Assembly: GCA_977017645.1 (NCBI GenBank)
Contig: OZ360256.1
Coordinates: 10,726,001 to 10,790,000 of the forward strand
Direction of reading: 5' to 3'
DNA length: 64,000 nt
From: Torpedo marmorata
Lineage: Eukaryota
The notes under the pieces are model-generated. The model was not told the origin of the DNA. It worked only from the letters and a program-made list of their open reading frames with translations, and made no database searches. Every line of letters starts with the position of its first letter. Within the stretch, counting starts at the first letter, position 1. Shown here in pieces: positions 13,601 through 25,600 of the stretch. The translations under genes were made by a program, and so were the position numbers.

Positions 13601-16600
13601 TGCCCATGTCACTGCAGGGCGGGAGCGCCGGCCTCTCCGTGGACGGTTTGGACACGTGGCGGCGCTGATGAACGGCAACGTGCTGCTGGTGGCCGGTGGT
13701 TTCGGGGGCCGACCCCTCGGGGACCTGGTGGCGTACAAGGTGCCCATCTATGTGTCACAGGTCCTGGTGCAGAACGTGAGTGGTGGGGGGGAAGGGGAGG
13801 GAAGGGTGGACGGGGTGGGGGGGAAGGGTGGACGGGGCAGTGGGTGGGGGGTGGAGGGGGCAGGGTCAGTGCGAGGGGTCGTGTGGTCTGTGCGAGTGGG
13901 GAGTGGGGAAAGGGACTGATGGCGGGGCTGTAGGTGTAGAGATGGGGAGGGGAGGGGGTGCGGGGAGGGGAAGAGGAGGGGAGTGTGGGAGGGCAGTCGG
14001 AGAGGGGAGAGAGTGTGGGGAGGGGAGTGGGATGGAAGGAGAGGGGAGAGGGTGTGAGGAAGGGAGAGGAGGAGGGGAGGGGTGGGGGGAACGGGGAGGG
14101 GAGTGGTGGAGAGGATGGGGAGGGGAGTGGGTGTGGAGCGGAATGGGAACGGAGGGGGAGAGGTGTATGGGTAGGGGAGGGGAGGTATGTGGGGAGGGGA
14201 AAATGTGGGGGAAGGGGGCGGAGTGGGGGAAGGGGTAGGGGTAGGGGAGGGAAGTTGGGGAGGGGAGAGTGGATAGGGGAGGGGAGAGGGTGTGGGAGGG
14301 GAGTGGGGGGAAAGGAGAGGCTGTCGGGGAAGGGTGAGGGGCGTGGGGAGGGGAAGGGGGAGTAGAGTGGGGGAGAGGGGTGTGGGGGGGAGAGGAGGAG
14401 AGGCTGTGGGGGTGGGGAGAGGGTATGGGTAGATTGGGAGAGGGGAGGGAGTAGTGGCACGCTGGCCGCGGTCAGTACCGGGGCAGGGCCGGCGTTTGGT
14501 GCTCCGGGGTCTGGCACCGGTTGGATGACCCTGACCTCTCTCCGGTGCAGGTTCACCTGGACTACTGCTCGCTGTATGGCGCTGAGAGCGGCTGCCGCAA
14601 GGACCCGGCCTGCGTGTGGTGTCAGGGTCGCTGCCAGACCTACCAGGCTCACAGCACGGTGAGGGGGGGGGGGGGTGGGGTGTGGTGCCGAGTCCGAGAC
14701 GGTGATGTGTGGTGGTGGTGACGTGCGGTGACAGTGAAGTGCGGTGACAGAGACATGTCCGTGATGATGGCGTGTCCGTGGTGGTGACGTACGGTGGCGG
14801 TGAGGTGCGGTGACGGAGACATGCCCGTGACAGTGAAGTGTCCGGTGATGGGTAATAGGCCCGGTGATGAGCATGGTGACAGTGACGTGTAGTGAAGGGC
14901 CCGGTGTTGGTAACAGTGATGGTTCAGTGTCGTGAGGTGACGGTGATGTGTGGTGATGGTAACGGTGATGGTTCGGTGACATGAGGTCATGATGACATGC
15001 GGTGACGGTAACGGTTCAGTGACGTGCGATAATGGTGGTGGTGACATACTGTTACGGTGACGTGATGGTAATGTGCGGTGACGGTGATGTTCGGTGAGGT
15101 GTGGTGTTAGTGACGGCCTGGTGACGGTGATGTGTGGTAATGATGAAGGTCCGGTAAAGGTGACATGCAGGAATGGTGTCAGCCCGGTGACGGTGATGTG
15201 TAGCTATGGTGACATGATGGTGACGGCCCGGTGACGGTTCATTGACGTGTGGTGACGGTTTGTTGACGTGACGGTGTTATGTGGTGACGGTTCGTTGACG
15301 TGCAGTGATGGTGACGTGCGGTGACGGTTCGTTGACGTGTGGTGACAGTTCGTTGACGTACAGTGACGTGCGGTGACAGTTTATTGATGTGCGGTGACGG
15401 TGACGTGTGGTGACGGTTCGTTGACGTGTGGTGACGGTTCGTTGATGTGCGGTGACGGTTTGTTGACAGTTCATTGACATGCGGTGACGGTTCGTTGACG
15501 TGTGGTGACGGTTTGTTGACGTAAGGTGACGGTTCGTTGACGTGAGGTGGCGGTGACGGTGACGTGTGGTGACGGTTCGTTTGCGGTGACGGTTCGTTGA
15601 AGTGCGGTGATGGTTCGTTGACGAACGGTGACGTGTGGTGACGGTTTGTTGACGTACGGTGACAGTTCGTTGACGTGAGGTGCCGGTTCATTGACGTACG
15701 GTGACGGTTCATTGACGTGCGGTGACGGTTCATTGACGTGCGGTGACGGTTCGTTGACGTGTGGTGACTGTTGACGTAAGGTGACGGTTCGTTGACGTAT
15801 GGTGCCGGTTTGTTGACATACGGTGGCGGTTCATTGATGTACGGTGACGTGCGCTGATGGTTCGTTAACGTACGGTGACGTGCAGTGACGGTTCGTTGAT
15901 GTGCGCTGACAGTTCGTTGATGTGCGCTGATGGTTCGTTGACGTGCGCTGACGGTGACGTGTGGTGACGGTTCGTTGATGTGCGGTGATGGTGACGTGTG
16001 GTGACGGTTCGTTGACGTGCGGTGACAGTGACGTGCGGTGACGGTTTGTTGGCATACAATGACGTGTAGTGATGGTTTGTTGACGTGCGGTGACGGTTCG
16101 TTGACGTGCGGTGACGGTGACGTGTGGTGACGGTTTGTTCACGTAAGGTGATGGTTCGTTGACGTGAGTTGCCGGTTCGTTGACGTACGGTGACGGTTCG
16201 TTGACGTACGGTGCCGTGCGCTGACGGTTCGTTGACGTGCGGTGACGGTGACGTGCGGTGACGGTTTGTTGACGTGCAGTGACGGTAACAGTGAAGTGCC
16301 ATGACAGTGAGATGTTCTCTCGGCAGTGCCCACACCTGGGATGTCTTGGACTGGCCAGGCTCCTGACGGACTGCCAGTCGTGCCTGGTGTTTGGACAGAG
16401 CCGTCAGTCACCCCCACAGGCTCCCGGCACCCTGGGGTGGTGCGTTCAGACCGTCTCCTGTCTCCCCACCACAGGTAACCGTCTGGCTGTGCCGGGAATG
16501 GTGACGGCAGTGAGTGACCAACCGGGGTGGAGGGGATGGGCCCCAGCATTTCGGGGGGAGGGGACGGGATCCCAGGGTCTCAGGGGGAGGGGATGGGGGA

Positions 16601-19600
16601 GGCGACGGGGTCTCTGGGGAGGGAGGGGATGGGGTCTTTGGGAGGGAGGAGACGGGGTCTCTGGGGGGTTTGAGGGCTGGGTGGGGAGGGGACGGGTGTG
16701 GGAAGGGTTGAGTCTCTGGGTGGGGGTGAGAGTCAGGGCACGTTGTCACCTCTCCTTCACCCCCTCCCCCTCCCACCACAGAACAGGCTCGGTGCCGGGT
16801 GGAGCCGGTGTCAGGGACTGTGGGCTGGTGGGGCGCCGAGACCACCTTCATCACCGCCCTGGAGCAGTGTGAGAGGGCTGACCTCCGGCCAGGACTACAC
16901 CTGCTCACCTACCTGCACCCCGTCAACCTGTCACAGCCCGACCAGGTGAGTGTGGGGACCCCCAGCTAACCCCTAACCTTTGACCTCTGGCCCTGACCTC
17001 CGGCTGACCCCTGACCTCTGGCCAGGACTGTAGTTGCTCACCTACCTGCTCAATCTGTCGTAGCCTGACAGGTGACTGTGGGGACCCCAGATAACCCCGT
17101 GACCTCGGACCCCTGACCTCCGGCCCGGCCTACACCTGGTCACCCACCTGCACCCCGTCAACCTGTCGCAGCCCGACCAGGTGAGTGTGGTGACCCCAAG
17201 GTAACCCCCTAACCTTTGACCTCCAACCCCTGACCTCTGATCCCTGATCAAACCTGTCGCAGCCTGATCAGGTGAGCATGGTGACTCCGAGGTAACTTTC
17301 TTGACCTCCGACCTCCAAATCCTGACCTCTGACCCCCAACCAACCTCAGCCCCATCAACCTGTTGTGCCCTACTAGTTGAGTGTGGGGGCACCGAGATAA
17401 CCCCCGACCTCCGAACCCCCCCACGCCCGACCGCCGAAACGCCCCCACGCCCGACCTCCGACCCCCCCCCCCCGCCCAACTCCATCCCCTGCATGTGTGC
17501 GCCCCCCTCATGGTGACACCTCCCCTCACGGTGCCCACCCAGGTGGAGATCACGGCGGCCCCGACCCTGGTGCGGACCCCCCGCTCGGAGCTGACAGGGG
17601 TCTCCGTTCTCCGTGGCTTCGTCCACCCGCTGTTCGAGGCGCCGGTTCCCTCCGACGCGGTGACCGTGGCGGTGAAGATCCAGCGGCTGCAGCTGGTGGT
17701 GCAGATCGGCCGGAGGGCTAACAGCCTGGACATGGTGAGTGCTGGGGGCGGTGGGGTGGGAGGGGGGCGCTCAGCGCCAACAGCCGGGACAGTGAGTGCC
17801 GGGGAGGGGATGGAGGGGAAGGGGAGGTGAGGGGGGCAGGAGGAGTGGAAGGGAAGGGGTTGAGAGGGAGCTCAGCGCCAACATCCTGGACGTGGTGAGT
17901 GTTTGGGGGGGAGGTGGGGGGAAGGGAGTGGGGGGAGGGGCCTCAGTACCAAAAGTCTGGACGGCGAGTGTCAGAAGAAGGGTGGGTGGGGGACATGGGG
18001 AGTGTATGGGAAGAGAGTAGGGAGCGAGGGAACGTGGTGGGGAGATGGGGGAGGGGGGCTCAGCGCCAACTGCCTGGACATGGTGGGGGGCAAGGGAACG
18101 GGGAGGAAAGGGGTTGTGGAATGGAGAAATGAGGGAGAGGGGAGTGAGGGAATGGAGGGGGAGGGGGGCATGGGGAGAGTTGGTGGGAGGTTGGGGATTG
18201 CATGGGAGGAGAGGGGAGCTAGAGAACGGGCGCGAGGGAGCAAGGGAATGGGGAGAGGGTAGTGGAGGGGGGAATGAGGGGAAAGGGAGAGGGTGGGGAA
18301 ACAAGGGGAGGGGTGGAGGGAGTAAGCGGGAGGGGAGGGGCAGAACGAGAGGGAGGGAGGGTCTGGGAAGAGTCGGTGGGGTCAGGGGAGGGTCAGGGAA
18401 GGGTCATTTGGGGTCAGGAAAGCGTCGGTGAAATCAGGGAAGGGTTGATGGGGTCAGTGGGGGTCAGGGAAGAGTCGCTGGTGTCAGGGAAGGGTCGGTG
18501 AAATAAGTGGAGGTCAGGCAAGAGTAGGTGGGGTCAAAAAAGGGACGGTGGGGTCAGTTGGGGTCAGGGAAGGGTCGGTGGTCAGGGAGGAGTCAGTGGG
18601 GGCAGGGAGGACGGGGTCAGGGAAAGGTTGATGGAGTCAGAGGGGGTCAGGGAAGTATCGGTGGGGTCACTGGAGGCCTGGGTAGGGTCGGTGGGGTCAG
18701 TGAAGGGTCAGTGGGGGTCAGGCAAAGGTCAGTGCGGGTCAGGGAAGGGTCGGTGGGGGTCATGGAAGGGTCAGGAGGGCCTGGGAAGGCTCAGTGGGAT
18801 GGTGAGGGGCTGTCCTGACCTTCATGTCCTCCCCTGGGTGAGGACAGGAGGAAGTTGGACACTGGGACAGCGCGCCGGAGAGGGAGACACGAGTCCTGCA
18901 GCGGAACAGTGGAGGCCGGCTCTTCCCGGACCTGGAGCGCGGGAACAAGTACGCCATCCGGCTGGAGGGAACACTGAACAACTCCGGACACGGACAGGCC
19001 AGTGAGATGACCTTAACCTGGGAGCGTTCCAAGCTGCTGGGAATGTCGGTGAGTGCAGTGTATCTGCCCCAGAATAACGTGCCCCTTCCCGGAGTATATC
19101 CCCCCGGAATACTGTGCCCCTTCCCGGAGTGTATCCCACCCCGGAATACCATGCCCCTCCCCGGAGTGTATACCACCCGGAATACTGTATATCCCCCTGG
19201 AATACCATGCCCCTTCCCGGAGTGTATACCACCCGGAATACTGTATATCCCCCTGGAATACCATGCCCCTTCCCGGAGTGTATACCACCCGGAATACTGT
19301 ATATCCCCCTGGAATACCATGCCCCTTCCCGGAGTGTATACCACCCGGAATACTGTATATCCCCCCGGAATACCATGCCCCTTCCCAGAGTGTATCCCAC
19401 CCCGGAATACCGTGTCCCTTCCCGGAGTGTATCCCCCTGGAATACCGTGCCCCTTCCCGGAGTGTATCCCCCCCTGGAATACTGTGCCCCTTCCCGGAGT
19501 GTATTCCACCCCAGAATACCGTGCCCCTTCCCGGAGAGTATACCACCCGGAATACTGTATATCCCCCCTGGAATACCGTGCCCCTTCCCAGAGTGTAACC

Positions 19601-22600
19601 CACCCCGGAATACCGTGCCCCTTCCCGGAGTGTATCCCACCCCAGAATACCGTGCCCCTTCCTGGAGTGTATACCACCCGGAATACTGTATATCCCCCCT
19701 GGAATACCGTGCCCCTTCCCGGAGTGTATCCCCTGGAATACCGTGCCCCTTCCCGGAGTGTATCCACCCGGAATACTGTGCCCCTTCCCGGAGTGTATCC
19801 CCCCGGAATACCGTGCCCCTTCCTGGAGTGTATCCCCCTGGAATACCGTGCCCCTTCCCGGAGTGTATCCCACCCCGGAATACCGTGCCCCTTCCTGGAG
19901 TGTATACCACCCGGAATACTGTATATCCCCCCTGGAATACCGTGCCCCTTCCCGGAGTGTATCCCCTGGAATACCGTGCCCCTTCCCGGAGTGTATCCCC
20001 CCGGAATTCTGTGCCCCTTCCCGGAGTGTTTCCCCCTGGAATACCGTGCCCCTTCCCAGAGTGTATCCCCCCCGGAATACCGTGCCCCTTCCTGGAGTGT
20101 ATCCCCACCGGAATACCTTCCCCCTTTATGGTGGGTGGGAGAATGTTCCCGGTGGGGGTGGGATATTCCCAGGGTGGTGGGGTGGGTGGGATTGTTCAAT
20201 GGGAGGAATGTTCCGGGGATGGGTTGTTACTGGGAGGGGATATTCCAGGGTCGATGTTCCCGGGGGACGGAGGGTGGGTGTTCCTCGCCCTGGGACAGGT
20301 GGAGGGGTGGGGGTGGGACGGAGGGGGGTGTTCCTCACCCTGGGACGGAGGGGGTGGGACGGAGGGGGGAGGGGAACAGTGGGGTGGGGGTGGGACGGAG
20401 GGTGGGTGTTCCTCACCCTGGGACAGGGGGAAGGGTGTGGGTGGGGCGGAAGGAGGTGGGTGGGACGGAGGGGGGAGGGGGACGGATGGGGGGAAGTGGG
20501 ACGGAGGGGTGGGGGTGGGACGGAGTGGGGGTGTTCCTCGCCCTGGGACGGAGGGGGGATGTTCCTCGCCCTGGGACAGAGGGGTTTGATCTCAGCCCTG
20601 TGGCTGACGGAGGGGGGGTGTTACTGGCCCTGCTGCGGATGGGGTGGTGTGGGTCGGTGGGGGTGGGGGGTGGTGGAACAGACGGAGGGGATGTTCCCCT
20701 CCCTGCGGCGGACGGGTCACTGTGTGTTCACCAGCGTCCCCATTACAGGAGATCTCCTACCACTTCCTGGAGCCGTTCCGGTCGGACGACTGCGACTCGC
20801 TGGGCTCGTGCCTGTCCTGCCTCGCTGATCAGGGCTGCAGCTGGTGCCCGGGGACTCGGCGCTGCCAACCACGGGCAGCAGGCACTGACAGCCAGTGCGG
20901 CCGGGATTGGCTGCCGGTGCTGACTCCGACAAACTGCCCGCTGTGTGACCAGCACACCGAGTGTGAGCTCTGCAGTCGGGTGAGTGCCCTTGGACGGGAT
21001 TGCCATGGACTCCTGCAGACCCCTGTGGATCCCCACGAGCCCTTTCAGACCCCTGCAGACCCACTCAGACCCTAACGGATCCCTGCGGACCGCCGCAGAT
21101 CTGTCGCGGTCGTGTACTTACCTTAGTCGGGAGCGGTGCCGGCCGCCGCTGATGACGTAAGCGATGTGACGCGCGGTGGTAATAGCGCGCATGCTGTGGT
21201 AAATCAGTGCCGCTACAGACCCTCACAGATCCTCGCTGACCCCCACGGACCGTCGCTGACCCCCACGGGCCTCCACAGCCCCCCGCGGACTGCCACAAAC
21301 CCCCCGCGGACCTCCCGGACTCTTGCGGACCTCTTCTGACCCTCACAGACCCCTACGGGACCCCTGGACCCCCCACTGACCCCCTCCCCCCTCACTGCTC
21401 CCCCTCGCTGCCCCCCCCAAACCCCCCTCACAGTGCCCCCTCATGTCCCCACAGGATCCATTCTGTGAGTGGGTGGTCAGCAGGACCGGCGACATCCAGT
21501 GTGTCCGGCGGGGACGGTGGTCCCACGGAGTCCGGGACCCCTCCCGTTGTCCCCCACCCTGTCACCGGTGAGCACCCTGGTGTGGGGAGGGAGGGGGAGG
21601 TGTTGGCAGGGGGGAGCGAACGGGAAGAGGGTGAGGAGGTGGAGCGTTGGGTGGGATGGTGAGGGTGGGGGNNNNNNNNNNNNNNNNNNNNNNNNNNNNN
21701 NNNNNNNNNNNNNNNNNNNNNNNNNNNNNNNNNNNNNNNNNNNNNNNNNNNNNNNNNNNNNNNNNNNNNNNTTATAGAAACGTATGCACTGTGATGCTGC
21801 TGCAAAACAACGAATTCTGGGACATGTTCATGTCTCATAAATCTGATGGCAGTGTTAACTTCGATCAAATAGAAAGAAGTGTACGACAACTAACGCAGAG
21901 TACAACACAACTTTATTAGCTTTGCAAAGCGGGTGCTCTGTTACACGGGAAGACCTGTTGTAACCCTCAACGCAGATGGGCACAAGCCTTTTTATACGAT
22001 TTAGCTTCCCATTCTACAGCCTGTTCGCGGCTATTCACATGACCTGTAATCTGCAGACTTCAGCAAAACATCCAGCACGTGTTTCGAGAGCAGCATGGCC
22101 TTGGTTCTCACGTCTTGCAGCTGCACTACTAAAAGAAAACAGTTTCTTTAACAGACTAGTATTTTCCCATAAAAATATTCTTTTTAGCCCTTTTTTGCTG
22201 CTGAAATTTATAGGAAGCAAATAAAGCAAATCTATACAATCTATCAGCAGAGGGGAAGAAACTGTTTTTGTGCCACTGGGTGCTCGTCTTCAGGCTCCTG
22301 TACCTCCTTCCCGATGGTGGCAGAGTGTAGAGGGCATGGCCTGGGTGGTGGGGGTCCTTGAGGATAGAGGCTGCTTTCTTGAGACACCGCCTCTTGTAGA
22401 TGTCCTCGATGGAGTGAAGACTGGTGCCCATGATGTCGCTGGCCGAGTTCACAAAAGACTCTTTGGAGTCTTTTCCTGTCCTGAGCGTTGGCACCTCCGT
22501 ACCAGACAGTGAAGCAACCAGCCAGAATGCTCTCCACGGTACACCTGTTGGAAATTTGCAAGTCTTTGGGGACATAGCAAATCTCCTCAAACTCCTCACG

Positions 22601-25600
22601 AAGTATAGCCGCTGGCGAACCTTCTTCGTGATTGTATCGACATGGAGGCCCCAGGATAGATCCTCGGAGATGTTGACACCCAGGAATTTGAAGTTCTTTA
22701 CCTTTTCCACTGCTGACCCCTCGATGAGGACTGGGTCGTGTTCCTTGACTTCCTCCTGAAGTCCACAATCAGCTCCTTGGTTTTGCTAACACAAATGCTG
22801 GAGAAACTCAGCAGGTCAAACAGTATCTTTTATGTAGCAAAGGTAGAAATACATAACCGACGTTTCGGGCTTGAGCCCTTCATCAAAGTATGAGAAAATG
22901 CCGGCAGGCGTCCGAACAAAGGAGTGAGGGGGGAAGGGGGGTGGCAAAGGCAGGAGATGATAGGTGGAGAAAGGAGGGAGGGGACAGCAGCAAAGAGGGG
23001 GAGGAGGGATGGCTGGGTGGGTGGAAAAAGACAGGAAGGACAGGTGAGGGGGGAGGGGAAGGGAACAACAAGCAGGTTTAGTGGAAAGCAGAAAAGTCAA
23101 TGTTAATGCCATCTGGCTGGAGAGTGCCGAGACGGAAAATGAGATGTTGTTCATCCAATTTGCGGGTAGTCTGGGTGGGATAGTACATGAGGCCATGGAC
23201 AGACATGTGAGTGTGGGAGTGTGACCCAGAATTGAAATGGTTGGATACTGGGAGGTCGCTGTTGTTGCAGACGGAGAGGAGGTGCTCAGCAAAGCGGTCT
23301 CCCAATCTACGACCGGTCTCTCCAATGTATAGAAAGCCACAAAGGGAGCACCGGATGCAGTAAATAAGTCCTCTGGATGTACAAGTGAAGTGTAGTGACC
23401 TGCTGAGTTCTCCAGCTTTTGTGTTTTTTACTTCTAACCACGGTGTCTACAGATTTTCGTGTTTACTTTTGGTTTTGCTAACGTTGAGCGCAAGGTTGTT
23501 GCTGTGACACCACTCAATGAGCTGATCTATCTCCCTCCTGTACATTTCCTCATTACCAACTGTGATTCTGCCGACAACGGAAAATCGGGCAGACCAGAAA
23601 CTTGATGGGGATCGATGGGATAACCAGTGCTGTCAGGATGCCGGTAGGGGGCCTGAGGAGGTCGTGGTGATGTTTTGGGAGAGGAGCGGTTTCTGCGCAG
23701 GTTGACAGGGTAGTTAAGAAGGTTTATGGTATGCTGGCCTTCATTAGTCGGGGGATTGAGTTCAAGAGTCTTGAGGTAACGTTGCAGCTCTATAAAACTC
23801 TGGTTTGCGCACACTTGGAATATTGTGTTCAGTTCTGGTCGCCTTGTTACAGGAAGGATGTGTAAGCTATGGAGAGGGTGCAGAGGAGATTTACCAGGAT
23901 GTTAAAACACAACGCTGAAGAAACTCAGCAGGTCAAACAGTGTACTTTATATAGCAAAGATAAAGATACATAACCAATGTTTCGGGCTGAGCCCTTCAGC
24001 AAGGTGTGAACAAAATGTCGGCAGGCGCCTGAACAAAATGGTGGGGGGGAGGGGCAGGGGGAGGAGCACGATCCCAAAGGCAGGAGGTAATAGGTGGATA
24101 AGGGAGGGAGGGCACAGCAGCAAACAGGGGGAGGGGGGACGGCTCTGTGATTGGAGAGGGAAGGGGGTGGAGAGCTGGAGGAAAGAAGACAAGGGGAAAG
24201 GGAAAGGAGGGAGAACGGGGTGTGGGCTAGCAGAAACCGGAGAAGTCGATGTTAATCCCATCTGGCTGGAGAGTGCCCAGACGGAAAATCAAGTGTTCCT
24301 CCAATTTACGGGTGGTCTTGGTGGGACAGTACATGAGGCCATGGACAGACATGTGAGTATGGGAGTGGGTCGCGGAATTGAAGTGGTTGGCCACTGGGAG
24401 ACCCCTGTCACTGATGCAGACAGAGCGAAGGTGCTCAGCAAAGCGATCTCCCAGTCTGCGCCCAGTCTCTCCGATGTGGAGAAGGCCACAACGGGAGCAC
24501 CGCATGCAGTAAATTAATCCTGCGGATGCACAAGTGAAGTGTTTCTTCACTTGGAAGGATTGTTTGGGGCCCCGAATGGTGGTGAGGGAGGAGGTGTGGG
24601 CGTAAGTGTGGCTCCTCCTGCGGCCACAGGGGAAGGTGTTGGGTGTGGGGGGGAATTGGTGGGGAGAGAGAGGAGTGGACGAGGGAGTCACAGAGGGAAC
24701 GGTCCCTGCGGAAGGTGGAGAGGGGAATACAGGTGATGGGATCATGTTGTAGGTGACGGAGGATAATGTGTTGGAAGTGGAGGCTGGTACTATTATTTAA
24801 AAGCTTTTGGTGGGGATCGTGGAGCGTTTTGGTGTGAGGATTGTGGAGGTTTTGGTGTGGGGATCGTGGAGCGTTTTGGTGTGAGGATTGTGGAGGTTTT
24901 GGTGTGGGGATCGTGGAGCGTTTTGGTGTGGGGATTGTGGAGGTTTTGGTTTGGGGATTGTGGAGGTTTTGGTGTGGGGATCGTGGAGCGTTTTGGTGTG
25001 GGAATCATGGAGCGTTTAAGTGTGAGGATTGTGGAGGTTTTGGTGTGGGGATCGTGGAGCGTTTTGGTGTGAGGATTGTGGAGGTTTTGGTGTGGGGATC
25101 GTGGAGCGTTTAGGTGTGAGGATTGTGGAGGTTTTGGCTGGGATGTGGGCTCCGTGTGGAGTCCGTGGCTGACTCTCTGCCGCCGTTTGCAGGGGGCAAC
25201 GTTCACATTCACTACCGGGAGGAGAAGTGCTATGATGACGGCATCTTCTTCTACCATCTGGGCTGCCACCAATGGGTGCCCAGTGAGGAGCTAGGTGTGC
25301 TGGTCAGCACCGGGGATGGTGAGTCTCGCTGGCCCCCGGGCCTCCATCCCCGCCCCTTCGCCTTGCCCCTCACCTCCAACCCGGGCCTCGGCCCCTGCCC
25401 CTCACCTCTCCCCCCCGGGCCTCGCCCCCCCACACCTCACCTCTCGCCCCCTCGCCCCTTCCCCTCGCCCCCTCAACCCCCACCCCTCGCCCTTGGGTCT
25501 CGTCCCCCACCCCTTCCTCACCTCCCACCCCCGCCCATTCCCCCCACCCCTTCCCCTGCCCCCAGGCCTCATCCCCCCTGCCCCCGAACCCTCACTCCCG

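Noticed and set aside
21116-21124. TACTTACCT resembling the U1 snRNA 5' end
   Set aside because: Only 9 nt match and no U1 body follows.
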